From: Peribolospora baueri
Taxonomy: Eukaryota
Direction of reading: 5' to 3'
Assembly: GCA_029717555.1 (NCBI GenBank)
Contig: JAMDHS010000022.1
Location: 245,580-265,579, forward strand
DNA: 20,000 nucleotides
Shown: piece by piece, positions 1-11,704 of the stretch
How positions within the stretch are numbered: position 1 is the first letter of the stretch
Layout: every line of letters starts with the position of its first letter
Made by a program: the position numbers and the translations under genes
Notes under the pieces: generated by a model
Database searches by the model: none
The model's input: only the letters and a program-made list of their open reading frames with translations
What the model was told of the DNA's origin: nothing

Positions 1-791
1 GCTCGAGCGATAGCGGCAGGATACTAATACGAGCTCAGAAGATGCGCGTAAGGGACGGGAAATCGTCGTGGTCGTCGTCGGCAGGCGAGGTGAGCTATAG
101 AGAGGGACGTGGTGAGGGAGTTGCGTACGAAGGCACGCCCATCCGCCGAAGCAAGTCGGCGAGAAAGGAGGGAGGGTCGAGTCGAACTAGACGAGTCTCA
201 AAGACGGTGCGAGGACCGGCGCAAACAGCAAAGACAGGAGAGCCTGGCTCCTTTTCTTCATGCGACAAGTGCGATGATCCAAAAAAGAAACGAAGGAAAA
301 GGAGGACGGCAAAAGGGTGGAAACAAAGATGTTCGTCCTTAGCCGAGGCGAAGTGATGTCCCAAGGAAGGCCGTTAGAGATAGGGAAGAGAATGCGTTAT
401 TCAAGAGGCGGCGAGGACGCGCGACCGTGGGCGGTCAACGGAGGCGATCGAAGGTCGCGTAGGGATAACGGGACGCAATTGGAGCAGTCGACGGCCGAAA
501 GCGGAGGAGGTGCGGGGCGCCTTGGGGGGCGCGGACGAACGGGGAGGGAAGGAAGGGAAGGAAGGATTACGACGGCTGTCATCGACGGCGTCGACGACGA
601 CGAGGGAGGGGATCGTAATCGTAATGGAGGTTGGGATCGTGGACGGAGGTGGGAAGCCAAGGACGAGGAACGGGGAAATGGGGAAGCTGACTGCGGATCA
701 TTTACAAATTCAAGTAACAGTATACAATGACAGGCGCGGCCGACGTGACGCCCAAGCGCGCACACACTCGCCACAGAGGCGACCGCGGACG

Positions 792-3531
792 TCATCGGTC
801 GAACCTTGGCCACGGGGACAGGACATGACCGAGCGAGGCGAGGCGGGCGAGGCAAGAGCGACGAGGAAAATCGGTGTCAAGACACACGCTCCCAGAACGT
901 CTCTTTTTGCCGCCCTCGGCGCACTCACCGGAACATCTCTAGTAAGCTCGAAGGCGTCCGCGGCGATACCTCGCCCTTCCGTAGCGCCGCCGTCCGCGTC
1001 GGCGTGGCCGCATTAGACACCGCAACCGCAAGAGGCATCTTCGAACCACCACCACCGGAGCCGTGCGCCCTTCGGACTCGCCCAGAATCCGCCGTTGGCG
1101 ACGGCGTGCCCACCGCTCCCAGCCCGCGCCCCGCTGGCGACCGCTCCGACGACCGGGGCTCTGTCCCTGGCCCCGCGGCCATGAGGGCGGTTGCGTGAGC
1201 CCGTCGATACGCGTGCGACGCGGCCACCGTGAATGGGTTCGTTGTCACCGACGTCGAGGTCTGATCCGGGGCATGAAGCGGCCAGACATCAAGTGCCGGT
1301 ATCCCGCGTCAACCTCAAAAGCGTGACGCGACCAGCTCTCTATATAAGGTGAAAAGCGCACCTTTTTGAAAGAGAACCTCTCCTCCCACGCAGCCGAGAA
1401 CGTGTCCCGGTTCTCCTTCTCCTCTTCCTCCTCGTCCTTGGAAGCAGTGCGAGCGCGCTTCGTCGCCACGTCGGTCCGGAACAAACCCGAAGCCATCCTT
1501 TTGGAACCGGTCGTCGCAGGTTTCGCTGGCGCTGATGGTGCCGCTGAGGTCGGTGTCGTTGGCGTCTGTGGAGCGCTTGACGGACGCCAATCCATCGACT
1601 TCCTGATGCCTAACGAAATCCGAGAGTGGGTTGAACCTGGCGGCGTCCGCTCTTCAGGGGCGGTCGAACGACGCTGAATCGTCAGCTGTCCGCTGCCGAA
1701 GGAAAGCAACGTCTGGCCACCCGCTAGTGCTGGCGTCGGCCGCTTCTGCGGGACAGTTGAAGAGCGCTCAAGTTTCGATTGGCCGTTGCTAGGCGTAAGG
1801 AAAGGCCGGGGCGGGGATCGGGTCTTCGGCAACGACATCGGCAGGGTGGATGAAGGAAGCGAATGAGCGCACATCCACCCTGCCCCCCACTACGAGCCAT
1901 GGTGTCAGAGGACTTACTGGACTACCGCCGTCTCGCCGGGAGATATCTACCATGGGGAGCCGGGAAATGGGGTCGATCTCTCCCTTTGCGATGCCCCGCG
2001 CTACTTCCTTCGTCATTTCACTGACCGACACGCAGCGTGGGTCAGTCCCTGCGTTTAGTGCAACTTTGGCACGCTGGAACGACTCACCCGCCTACGAAAG
2101 ACATGTCGTCGTCGAATCCCTCTTCTGGCAAGGCGTTGAGGGTGACCAGCTCTCCGATGTCCGGGTCGAAGACGCGCTGGTATAGGAAGGTGAGCTCTGC
2201 GCGTCGGAAGCGCTCGAGGTAGTCCCTCGGCACCTTCATCTGTCCCTCGTACCGAATTTGCTGCACGACCTGCATCGACAGCCAGTGAACCATTTCTCAG
2301 CGGGTTTCGACTAGGCGCAAGTACCTGTGCACAACCTCGCCCTCACCTTCTCCACCGTCTTCCATTTTCTCAGCAGCTTGTGCGCCGTCTTCAGTCCCAT
2401 CCCGACGATGGAGCCGAGATAATCACAGCCAGACAGGATGGCCATCTGGCGAAACTCTCGTTCTGTCCAACCCACCATGGGCAGCTCGCGGACGGCAGCG
2501 AAACGGGACTGGAGGATCTCGATGCAGTCGCCGTTCGAGTCGAGCTTGAAGAGGACCTGCGAGAGAAGCAGACACGGTGCAACCGTTCAGCGACGAGGTG
2601 ACCGTACAAGCAAAGCGGGCGATAGACACGCCCTTGGGATACGATAACGTACCTTCTTGCACCCGAGCACGAGCATGTCCGAATCCTCCGTGACGATTCC
2701 ATCGATCATCCCCTTCTTCTCAAGATAGGCCAACTGGGCGTCCGCCTCGTACGGCGCGACGATGAAAGGGACGTCTTCCTGCTTCAGTGCCTGAAACACG
2801 GCGAATGGCATGCAAGTCTGAGTCAGGACGGTTTCCTGAATTCCCCCACGCGGTAAGGGAATGAGCCGGTTTACCTTGATGAGCTGATACGCCATCTCCG
2901 GCGTGATGTCGATGCACTTGGCGAAATACTCTCGCGCCTGGGAAGCCTTGCCTTGTGCGAGCAGGCTCTTCGCCTTTGCTAAGCTCTCGTCCCGCCGTCT
3001 AAAACGCCGTAACTATTAGCGCTCTGATAAGAGTCCAGAACGAAACATCTCTCCCTGACGGCACCCGTGCTCACCTTTGTCGCTCGTCTTCGGTGCCCTG
3101 CTTCGAAGGCAGCCGATCCCCGTCGAAGACCACGTACGGCTTGACTCCAAAGTACTTTAGCATGCGAATCCGGTGCATAGCATAATTGACGTACCTGGCG
3201 TGAATGAGGGGACAGGGAAGAAGACGTTTGAAATGGATGTAGAGACATCAAATGTCCATGCCAAGCCGAGCGCTAGTCGCTCACTTACTTGGACGTCGCC
3301 TCGCCCATCGCCAACTCCTTGGCGCACCCGCACGCGCCACGATGAAGCCAGACATACGCATCGATGCCCAGCGTTTGTCCCGCGTAGTCCTTGACGTGGA
3401 CGGACGTCTGGAGGGGAGATAAATGTACGGTTTGAGACGCACGTCCTACCAGCTTGTCGCTCTGGACTGGGGAGACGCGTGTGACCCACCTGAATATCTT
3501 TCAAGAGGGGGAGGAGGCCCGAGATGCCCAT
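792..3531 (-). CDS. EXO1: Exonuclease 1 (XPG/Rad2-family 5'-3' nuclease), 11 exons
   Basis: Exons: 3531-3490, 3407-3289, 3194-3075, 2998-2875, 2790-2653, 2556-2347, 2269-2088, 2020-1918, 1823-1362, 1260-929, 804-792. All introns are GT-AG and phase-consistent. The translation contains MGISGLLPLLK, GIDAYVWLHRGA, PYVVFDGDRLPSK, VAPYEADAQLAYL, TEDSDMLVLG and ILSGCDYL, so the XPG-N/I acidic catalytic residues are intact. A low-complexity C-terminal tail follows. The exon 9 acceptor and the last mini-exon are less certain. Confidence 0.95.
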
Positions 3532-3965
3532 TTCGGCCGGCGGTCGCTCCAGCTCCTCTTCATCGAGCTGAAGATGGTTAAGATGAAGGCCGCCCCGGTT
3601 GAAGATGGAATGTATGGCAGCAAGGCAGCCATCTGCGGCTCTCCTGCGCACATCCGCCCGCCTCTTCGATCTTCGCCCTTGTCAGGAATCGACGCGACAA
3701 CGCGACGAGACGCGCACATTGTGACCACGTGGCTCATACCGACTTCTTCCCACGCTCACTCGTTGGCTCGCATGATCGCTGCTGGTCTCAAAGCGCGAAT
3801 CCTCCATCCATCCTTCCTTCCTTCCATCCATTCATCCATCCATCCATCCTCCCGTCCTCCCGTCCTTCCGTCCTCGACATAGCGCCGGACTCCCTGTCAT
3901 CTCATCTCCGACGAGCTCGTACACCACTTTGCTCGTGACTTTAGGACAGGGTCAAGGCCGCCAAG
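3532..3965. promoter_or_regulatory. Divergent (bidirectional) EXO1/SMD1 promoter region
   Basis: 434 bp between head-to-head start codons. It contains ACGCG at 3692, 3700 and 3710, CCACGTGG at 3725-3732, and a pyrimidine tract on the SMD1 side. Confidence 0.6.
3800..3876 (+). repeat. Imperfect (TCCA/TCCT/TCCG)n pyrimidine-rich simple repeat
   Basis: cctccatccatccttccttccttccatccattcatccatccatccatcctcccgtcctcccgtccttccgtcc is directly visible upstream of SMD1. Confidence 0.8.
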
Positions 3966-4564
3966 ATGAAGCTCGTCAGGTGCGCTCTCCCAGCACGCCT
4001 GGATCCTACGAAAGGCGGTCCGAGTGCGCTGACGAATATTTGCTTTGGTTCCCGGACAGGTTTCTGATGAAGCTCAATTCCGAGTCGGTGACAATTGAGC
4101 TCAAGAATGGCACGATTGTTCACGGCACGGTGACGGGTGAGTATTGCGCGCGCCTCGGTCGCTTCGTCGACGAACGCACCCGTCGGTAATGGGAGGGGAC
4201 AGAGATCACATTTTTGAACGCGTAATTCCTTTCCCTTCCCTTTTGGAACGTGTTCTACGTCTGCTCGCCCATCAATGCCCTCCCTCTGAACACAGGCGTT
4301 GATCCGCAGATGAACACGCATCTCAAAACGGTCAAGATGACGATGCGCAATCGGGACCCCGTCTCCCTTGATACGCTCTCCATTCGAGGCAATAACATCC
4401 GCTACTGGATCCTTCCCGACTCCTTGCCCCTCGACACCCTCCTCGTCGACGATGCGCCGAAACCGAAGGGAAAGAAGAAGGATGACCGCGGGCGTGGGCG
4501 AGGTCGGGGCGACCGGGGGGGTCGTGGCCGTGGCAGGGGCCGCGGACGCGGTCGCGGCTTCTGA
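3966..4564 (+). CDS. SMD1: Small nuclear ribonucleoprotein Sm D1, 3 exons
   Basis: Exons: 3966-3979, 4060-4136, 4296-4564. Protein [41 protein letters not shown]...[26 protein letters not shown] followed by a C-terminal RG-dipeptide tail, all typical of SmD1. Confidence 0.97.
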
Positions 4565-4777
4565 GGCGCGCACACTGTCAAATCTCTGTGATCCCGCCAG
4601 AGAGGATCTGGTCGGACTGTACGATACGCAAAATGTCGACCTGTCCCGTCGACGTGTTACCGTGATCTATGGGCATGATGATAACCGTCCGTATACAGCA
4701 CTGCGATCTAACTTACACCATCAAAGGGCAGGAAAACGCATGCAGGGAAAGTATTAAACGAGAAGAGCGAAGAGTGG

Positions 4778-7700
4778 TCATGCCGCTGCAGATACCGATT
4801 GTGAGCCTCTCTGTGCTGCTGCGTCGACGAAAAAGGGTAAACCCAGCACGATTAGACAAGTTCGGGGACGAAGATGACGGCGTCTAACGCTCACCTCTCC
4901 GTCCCGTCCTCCTCTGAGCTTTGGCGACCTGTGCCGTTATATTGTTCTCTGTCTCCTGATCGGCTTCGCCCTGCTTCTTGTACTTCTCCAAGATCTGCAT
5001 GACAGGACGCGGAGAGCCCCAGGTGAGAAAGAGCTTCCACCGACGTCGAGGAAGGAGGATCTTGCTCACCTCTTCGAATTCCTTCAGGTCTGAATCCGGC
5101 TTAGTGCCCTTGCTAGCTCGAGCCTGGCGGGGGTTAAGACAGGATGTTGCAAGCGTTAACACGACCCGCCACAAGTCGAGTTTCATCGTTCGCTCACTTT
5201 GGCCAAGATCTCCGTAAAGCGCCTGTAGACCGTCTCTTCGCGAAGCTTGTCTTGGTAGAAGGGCAGGCCCTCGATGAGCTTCTTGATCGATCGCTCCGAT
5301 TTGTACGGCAAGAGAGACAAGCAAAAGGCAATGTCTCGCCACTGTCGCTCGCCCTCCACGAGGCGGAACCTTGCGCAGAGCTTCTCAACCACGTTCTCAG
5401 CCTGCTTCTCCTGGAGGATTGAATATAAGAGAAAAATGAGCTACTAGCCCTGCACAACTCCGTGAGATTCCGCTCGGAACGCGCACCTTATCTATGAACG
5501 TGAAGATAAACTTCATCGTCCGATTGAACGCCTCTTCATCCACAGCATGCTGGCCAACGGAGAGGTGAGAGATGATGTCCGGCAAGTTGTTGTACACCGC
5601 GTTTTCCTTGGTAGCCAGCTCCGAGAAGAACAGCTTGGCCAGGTCACTGACTCGCTCCTCTTCGTCTTCGAGGCACTTTGCCATTTCACCCAGCTGTCCC
5701 TTGACCTTGATCATGCCGTTCAAGATCAAGTGCGTCAACACCATCAGGGTGTTCTTCTTGACACCCAGGTCCTTATCTGTCAAACCGGCGTAGAGACGGT
5801 CGCTGTTCTCGTCGATGATCGAGCCGAAGCAGATGGCCATGTCGCCAAGCGCGATGACGATGTTGCTCCTGACGGTCGGGTCGTCCGATTTCTCGAGCAT
5901 ACGGAACAGCAGAAGCAAGTTCTCGTCACAGAATTGCGAACTGACGCACATAAACTTGCACAGCGTCAAGGTGGCCGCCGTCCTCAGTATGTCGTTCTGT
6001 GAGAAAGACAAATTGTCAACATAAACCTATCGGCATTCCTCACAGTTAGAGGCGGGGCTCACATTGTAGGACTTGGGGCTGCTGCAGATGTGCACTACCA
6101 TCGGCCCGAAGACGGCAAGAAGAGAATCTGGCCCGTAGAGCAGTTCTATCTCGCGCACCGTCGCGATGACTTCGCCGATTTCGTCTTCAGCATTACCAGC
6201 GACCTGGTCGAGCTCATCGGTGACACCTTTATCTCCTGGAGCCTTCTCCAAGAGCTTCTCTGTAACGGCGAATAGAAGACCAAAACAAGGAATCAGACTG
6301 CAGTTCTGAACGCGCTCCCGCGTGAAGAAGAAAATGGTACATACGTTTATCAAACTCGGCCTTTCGTCGCTTGTACTCCCTCTCAACAAGCTCAAGGTGG
6401 ACGATATGTTTGAGCGCGACGTGGCCCACGGTGAAGATGAGCTGGCTGAGTTGGAAAGCATCTCCAAGCTCTTCTGGACCGTCTGAGCTGAGACTGTAGC
6501 CGAACTGGGACGCCGACGAAGGGTAGCTCGCCTCAGAACGTGGAGTTCCGAAGATTTCTGGAATTTCCGGCTGTGCAGCCGACAAGCTCTCCTCAGCGGC
6601 AGCAGCGTCATCATCGTCCGCGGATCGAGCGAAAACCTTGCCGGCCATGTTCTTGATGATCTGATTACAGAGCACGTCCGGCTGCTCTCCGAGAGCATAG
6701 ACAGTCTGGAGGGCGTTTTCAGCCATACTGAGCCATTCTCGGGAAGAGCAACTAAGCTCGATCATCTCTTGCAACTTGTGGAAGATTGGATGTTCCATGG
6801 GTAGGCGGAGCGAGTCGTCAGTGAGCGAACCTTTCACCTTCTTGACACTTCCGCTCAGACGTTGAAGAGCAATACAGGTATACTTGGCGAGAACAAGATC
6901 GTTCTGAACAAAAGGCAGAAGCTGCTATCAGTCCATGTCCGACGCAAGAAGAGCTCGAAAATGGCATCCACTTGCCTTGCCAAGTGGTCCGAGTCCAATC
7001 TTTAGAAGGACATCGATCCTTTCCACCACGACCTCACGCCTCGCCACTGCAAGCATGCTCAAAATGATGATCGCACCGCGGCGTTGCACCCGAGGGATTT
7101 GTTTAGGCGCACCTAAAGGAAGAAGGCAGGGATGAGCTGAGCGTTTGCACAAAGTTAAGCAAGGTTCAAATGACGCTCACTGTACACCTGCCAAAGCGTG
7201 TTTACGACATCCTCGTGCACGAGATCATCCGCCATCATCGTGCTCATGAATTGCTGGAGCGAGGTGAGCTCCGCCAGAGTGGCACCCTTCGTCAGGCTGC
7301 CAGTCGAGAGCGGGTGACGGGTGCAAGTAAGGAGTTAGAATACTAATGGCAAAGGCCGCGACCAAGGTCAGCAACAATCGGAGCTCACTCAATCATGTTC
7401 TTGGCGATACGATTCACGTTTTCCTTTTCGTTGAGATCCGGAAGAGGGTCAAAGTACAGGCTTCGATACACCTCGATGAGGCGAGACCGGATGCCTTTTA
7501 GCTCCTTGCCGTCCTCGACGATGGTATTGTCCTTGTGCCAGATGAGGTGCAACATCTTCTTGACACCGACCTACGAGCGCGTGGGACCACGAATGGTCAT
7601 CAGTTCATCAGTTACCATGTTTAACCGGGAGAAAACAAAGGCTTTGCTCACATCCGCAGACTGAATCCTGTACTCGTGCGCGACCCTGAAGAACTCCATG

Positions 7701-10132
7701 CTCTCCAGAACCTCGGCCTTGCTGGTCGATACGAGCAATTGGCTCAGCACAGGGATGGCATCCTCGATCTGGCGGATGAAGCGAATGGCGTCGACGTAAT
7801 ATTGCTTCGTGAGGCGAAGCCGGGCCGCCTTCTCGGGATGGTAGGACGCAGAAAAAGAAATGTCCAATTGCGGCTTGCGGCCCTTCTTTTTGCGGGATTT
7901 CGGCGTCAAGGAGGCTCGTTTGGCCTTCTTCGGCTTCGGCGTGGCTTCCCCGTTGTCGTCTTCGTCTTCCGCGCCGTCATCTTCATCTTCGTCATCGTCG
8001 TCGTCGTCGGGTCTTAGGTTTCCACCGTCGGCATCCTCATCCTCATCATCCTCTCCGTCTCCATCTCCGCCATCCTCCTCATCCGGTGGGGGCAGGTCCA
8101 CAGCCACGGCGTCCAATTCCTTCGAAACCCGTTCGCATCGCTCCTCCCATTCCGGCAGGTTCAGCTCGCCTCCGTGCATAATGCCGTATGGGTGCGTGAG
8201 AATGAGCTTGGTCAGGAGAGCAATGGAGTTCTTGCGGACGCTAGAAGATTTGTCTTCCAAAGAACGGATGGTCAGGGAAGTGAGGTGCTGACGCTTTTTC
8301 GGGAACTTGGTGGGAAGGCTGTTTGGTGAACAGAGGATGTCAAAATGGTTCCTTCAGATTACAGAATTCTCCCCACAAAGCGCAAGGTTCTCTACTCACT
8401 CGCAGATCTTTATGAAGACGGTCACCAGCTTGCTCCGGACGTACGAGTTGACGTCGAGGAACCGCTCAAAAAGTAGGTCGAAGAAGGCGTCCACCTGCCT
8501 CTTTCGGTTCTCTGCCGAGCCCTCTCCGTCGGTCTCCGGCTGCTGCAATTCATTGATGAGAATACCAAGAACCTCGAGGATTGCGTTGCGCATGGGGTAA
8601 GACTGAACGGGTGGAGAAGATAACGGGCGCATGAACAACGGCAGTTAAGGCTTTATAGAAAAACGTGCCCTGACCTCGCTGTCCAAGTGCTTCTGCAGAA
8701 GGCTGATTTGCTTGAGGACAGGTCGGGGCGAAAGTTCGGCCAGCCGAACGATGAAACGGGAGAATGACCGCGGAGTCTTGGACTCGACAGCGGTGAACGT
8801 CTTTCCACAGATCTCTCTGTCGGTTCCAAGCGCGTCCGACGTCGTTAGTGAATATGCTGGCCGCCGGTCAGTGAGACAGTGGACTCACCTCAGGATTTCT
8901 TCAGTCAATTGCTGATAGTCGAACTCCTTCGTCATGATAGTCAGCAGCTCTGCCATCTGCTCCGACAGGTGTTCAAAGTACTGCAGGCTCTGCATAATGC
9001 TGGTCTGTACGCTGAAGGCTTGCCCATGATACTTGACAGCCAGGCAGAGGACCTTGTACACGCCTAGCTTAATATCCGCCGTCTTCATGTACACCTCACT
9101 CTCCGAGATGAGCCAAACGGTCCGCGTGAAGCAGCTGGAAGTGACGTGCCGAATGCTAGAGCCTTAGTGGGAGCCATAGAAGAGCAGATGGCGTCCAGTG
9201 GGTACTCACGCTACGTAGGCATCTCGTTCCGGAGTAGTCGTCCAAATGCGCCCAGACTGCACTTGCAGAGCTTTGCTCATGACCGCCAAGACTCCCGGAA
9301 TGTTGCCCACCCAAGACCAACCCTCCGCCGCCTTTGCCTTCAAAGCGGCCTTACCGCGCTGTGCATTCGCAAGGAAAAAGCGATAGTCCGTTTCATCCTT
9401 GGCAGTCAAACTCAAACCTATGCAACAACTCACCTTGGACTTCATGGCCACCGACGCGGAACCTGCCTCATTCCCAGCCCTGTTGGAATTCTTCTCAGCC
9501 ACCGATGCAAACCATTGCAGCAAGAACGCATACATCTCTAATGCCGTTCTATGTGAAGAATAGACATTCTGATCGTCCGAATTCTCGTCTCGCTCAGTCG
9601 AGTCAAGCTCAGCTTGCAGACCTGGAAAAGTGAAGCGTGCAAGAAGCGAGCATATCCGGTTAGGCCCTTCTGTCACGTAACAGGAACGAGGGGGAGGGAA
9701 GGCTCACCAGAATTGATAGCGTCGAGAAGTTTGTTGACGGTTTGCGGCTTTACGTGCTCGGCATGCCTGCAACAAAAAAACAACATAGAGCGTCATAAGC
9801 CCCCCTTTTGCGTTGGCCGATGCCGCCATCCTCAAAAGCATGTCGGCACGCACTTCAGAAAACTTCGAAAAGTGTCGAACGTTTGAGGATCAGTTATGTT
9901 CTCGGATGATTGGGTGATGCAGTCGATAGCGCCTGAAAACAAGATCGAACATGGAAAAGCCTACTTCAGCAGTCGATCTCGTCCGAAGCCACCAACCGAG
10001 GGAGCATGTACCATTAAGGGTTGACGTTTGCTCAGTCAGGTCCATTGAATCCACCCCGACCTCGTTCTCCACTACATACGGGTCATTCTGCAGCGCTTGA
10101 AGCTCCTCAGACAGGTTAAACCAGTCCGCCAT
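4778..10132 (-). CDS. YCS4: Condensin complex subunit 1 (CAP-D2/Cnd1/Ycs4, HEAT repeats), 19 exons
   Basis: Exons: 10132-10012, 9932-9854, 9766-9708, 9621-9434, 9358-9210, 9134-8889, 8816-8675, 8602-8400, 8318-7652, 7570-7389, 7296-7181, 7112-6976, 6903-6345, 6259-6063, 5996-5487, 5410-5198, 5123-5070, 4994-4895, 4818-4778. Motifs include LEDKSSSVRKNSI, KKMLHLIW, VRSNIVIALGDMA, LTHLILNGMIKVKGQLGEMAKCL, FFSELATKENAVYNNLPD and QWRDIAFCLSLL. If the last intron is not spliced, the stop is at 4884-4886. Confidence 0.95.
7950..8085 (-). repeat. Coding acidic (Asp/Glu) low-complexity tract in YCS4 exon 9
   Basis: Runs of GAC/GAT/GAG codons encode DEEDGGDGDGEDDEDED...DDDDDEDEDD, followed by the basic NLS-like stretch PKPKKAKR...KSRKKKGRK. 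Confidence 0.75.
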
Positions 10133-10398
10133 GGTGTCCAGCCCCCGCGATGGTGTGCAGTTGGTTTGATGTCGACGATCGTCGCCAAGGAACGACCCGC
10201 GCCGCATCACGTTTCAAGCCCATCCGGGTTTGCCGCGACGTCGACGCGTTCATGAGGGCGCACGCGAATTGCACGTGACGATATCTTCTGAAGGCAGGCT
10301 GCGGCGTCCGCCAGCTCACTGATAATGGGTGGGAACAGAAATGTCTAAGCACTGCTTCGCGTCTTGCCCGGTCGACGTCGAGAACAGAAGCCTCAAAG
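10133..10398. promoter_or_regulatory. Divergent YCS4/SEC62 promoter region
   Basis: 266 bp between head-to-head ATGs. It contains ACGCGT at 10244-10249, ACGCGAA at 10262-10268 and CACGTGAC at 10272-10279. Confidence 0.6.
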
Positions 10399-11704
10399 AT
10401 GGTGAGCAGCCTCTCCTTGGCCATCGCGGTCCTGCGCATGCCTTCAGAGCTGAGTCGTGCCGCGCTCCATCCATCGTAGGAGAACCAAGCCAAAGCGCCG
10501 CCGGAGGTCAAAAACCTCATCAGCTTCTTGCGGAACAAGTCTGGTATGAAAATCAAGACCGGCGTGCTCAATGGCAACCGAGTCGACTATTTCAAAGGTA
10601 AGCCAACCGAGTGCAATCCTGTGTCTTGAGCTCCCGCTGTTGTGGTCCTACCAGGCTCGGGCTGTGCTTGGCTGGTCATTAATGCTCGGGCCTGCGCTGC
10701 TCGTTTTCCAGGCTCGGCCGCGGTCAATGCTCTCCTCTCGCCCGCGTACGCAAAGACGCGGAACGTGCCCAAGGTAACTTCCGAAGAGCAGGCTGTTGCC
10801 GTCCTTCAGTCTGTCTTGGCTTTTGCGTTCTATCTTCGTGTCGATCGTGGCGGTCCGACCGGAGGCAAGGGTAGCCCGAAGATGGTGTCCGTCAACCAGA
10901 TGCAGATGTTCAAACCCGAGATGGTGAGTGGTGCGAATCGCAGCCATCCATCCTCTGTCGGAGCCTGCTATGGACCCACGTTTTGTATCCTTTATGCCTC
11001 GCGCAGTACTACGCGTGGTTCTACGAAGGCTCCCAGCTTGGGCTCAAGCTCGGAGGTTTGGCCATGGTAGCTGTCATGCTCGCCGGCGTCATGTTCCCTC
11101 TCTGGCCCCCCATCATGCGTCTCGGCGTATGGTATCTTTCCATCGGCGTCCTCTGCCTCATCGGTCTCTTTTTCGTCATTGCCATCGTTCGTCTCATCTT
11201 CTACGTAATCACGCTGGTCGTCGCCAGGCCCGGCATCTGGATCTTCCCCAACCTGTTCGAGGATGTTGGATTCGTAAGTGCAGAGCGGAATGTTTTTTCT
11301 TTTTCTTTTATTAGGCTCTAGGCGCGCTTGCTCATTTTCCGTTTGCGCTCTGGTCACATCCTCCGCGCCTACTACAGTTCGCTTCTTTCGTTCCCCTGTG
11401 GGCTTGGGATGTCCCACCACCAAAGAAGGGCAAGAAGAAGGCGGGCGGCAAGTCCAAGTCGAAGAGGGGCGCTGGCGGGGAGGAAGGTCAGAAGTCCCGT
11501 GGAGGCTCCAAGGCCGGCATGCCATCCGTCATCCCAGGAGCCGGACCCGCCGAGGCCAACATGGGACGAGCGCCACCGGAGGCCGGAGGCGACGCGGCGC
11601 CAACGCAGGCCGACTCGAAGGGGAATGGAGAGGCGGAAGGAGGAGATGGCAGCCAGCAGGCGACCATGGAGGAGGAGGCGCCGAGTTTGGACGACCTGAA
11701 CTGA
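10399..11704 (+). CDS. SEC62: ER translocation protein Sec62, 5 exons
   Basis: Exons: 10399-10401 (ATG only), 10480-10597, 10712-10923, 11007-11273, 11378-11704. Motifs include GVLNGNRVDYFKG, YYAWFYEG, VMFPLWP, two TM helices, GIWIFPNLFEDVGFFASFVPLWAW and a Lys-rich tail. Confidence 0.94.

Noticed and set aside
42..1016. Overlapping plus-strand Arg/Gly-rich ORFs
   Set aside because: Compositional artefacts of the purine skew. They have no domains and partly lie antisense to EXO1.
4484..4560. GC-rich tandem repeat
   Set aside because: It simply encodes the normal RG tail of SmD1.
3941..4573. 210-aa minus-strand ORF over SMD1
   Set aside because: Antisense to a well-supported gene and low complexity. 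No independent evidence.
5547..6002. 151-aa plus-strand ORF and similar ORFs at 7676-8291
   Set aside because: Antisense shadows of YCS4 exons produced by GC-rich codon bias. No recognisable motifs.
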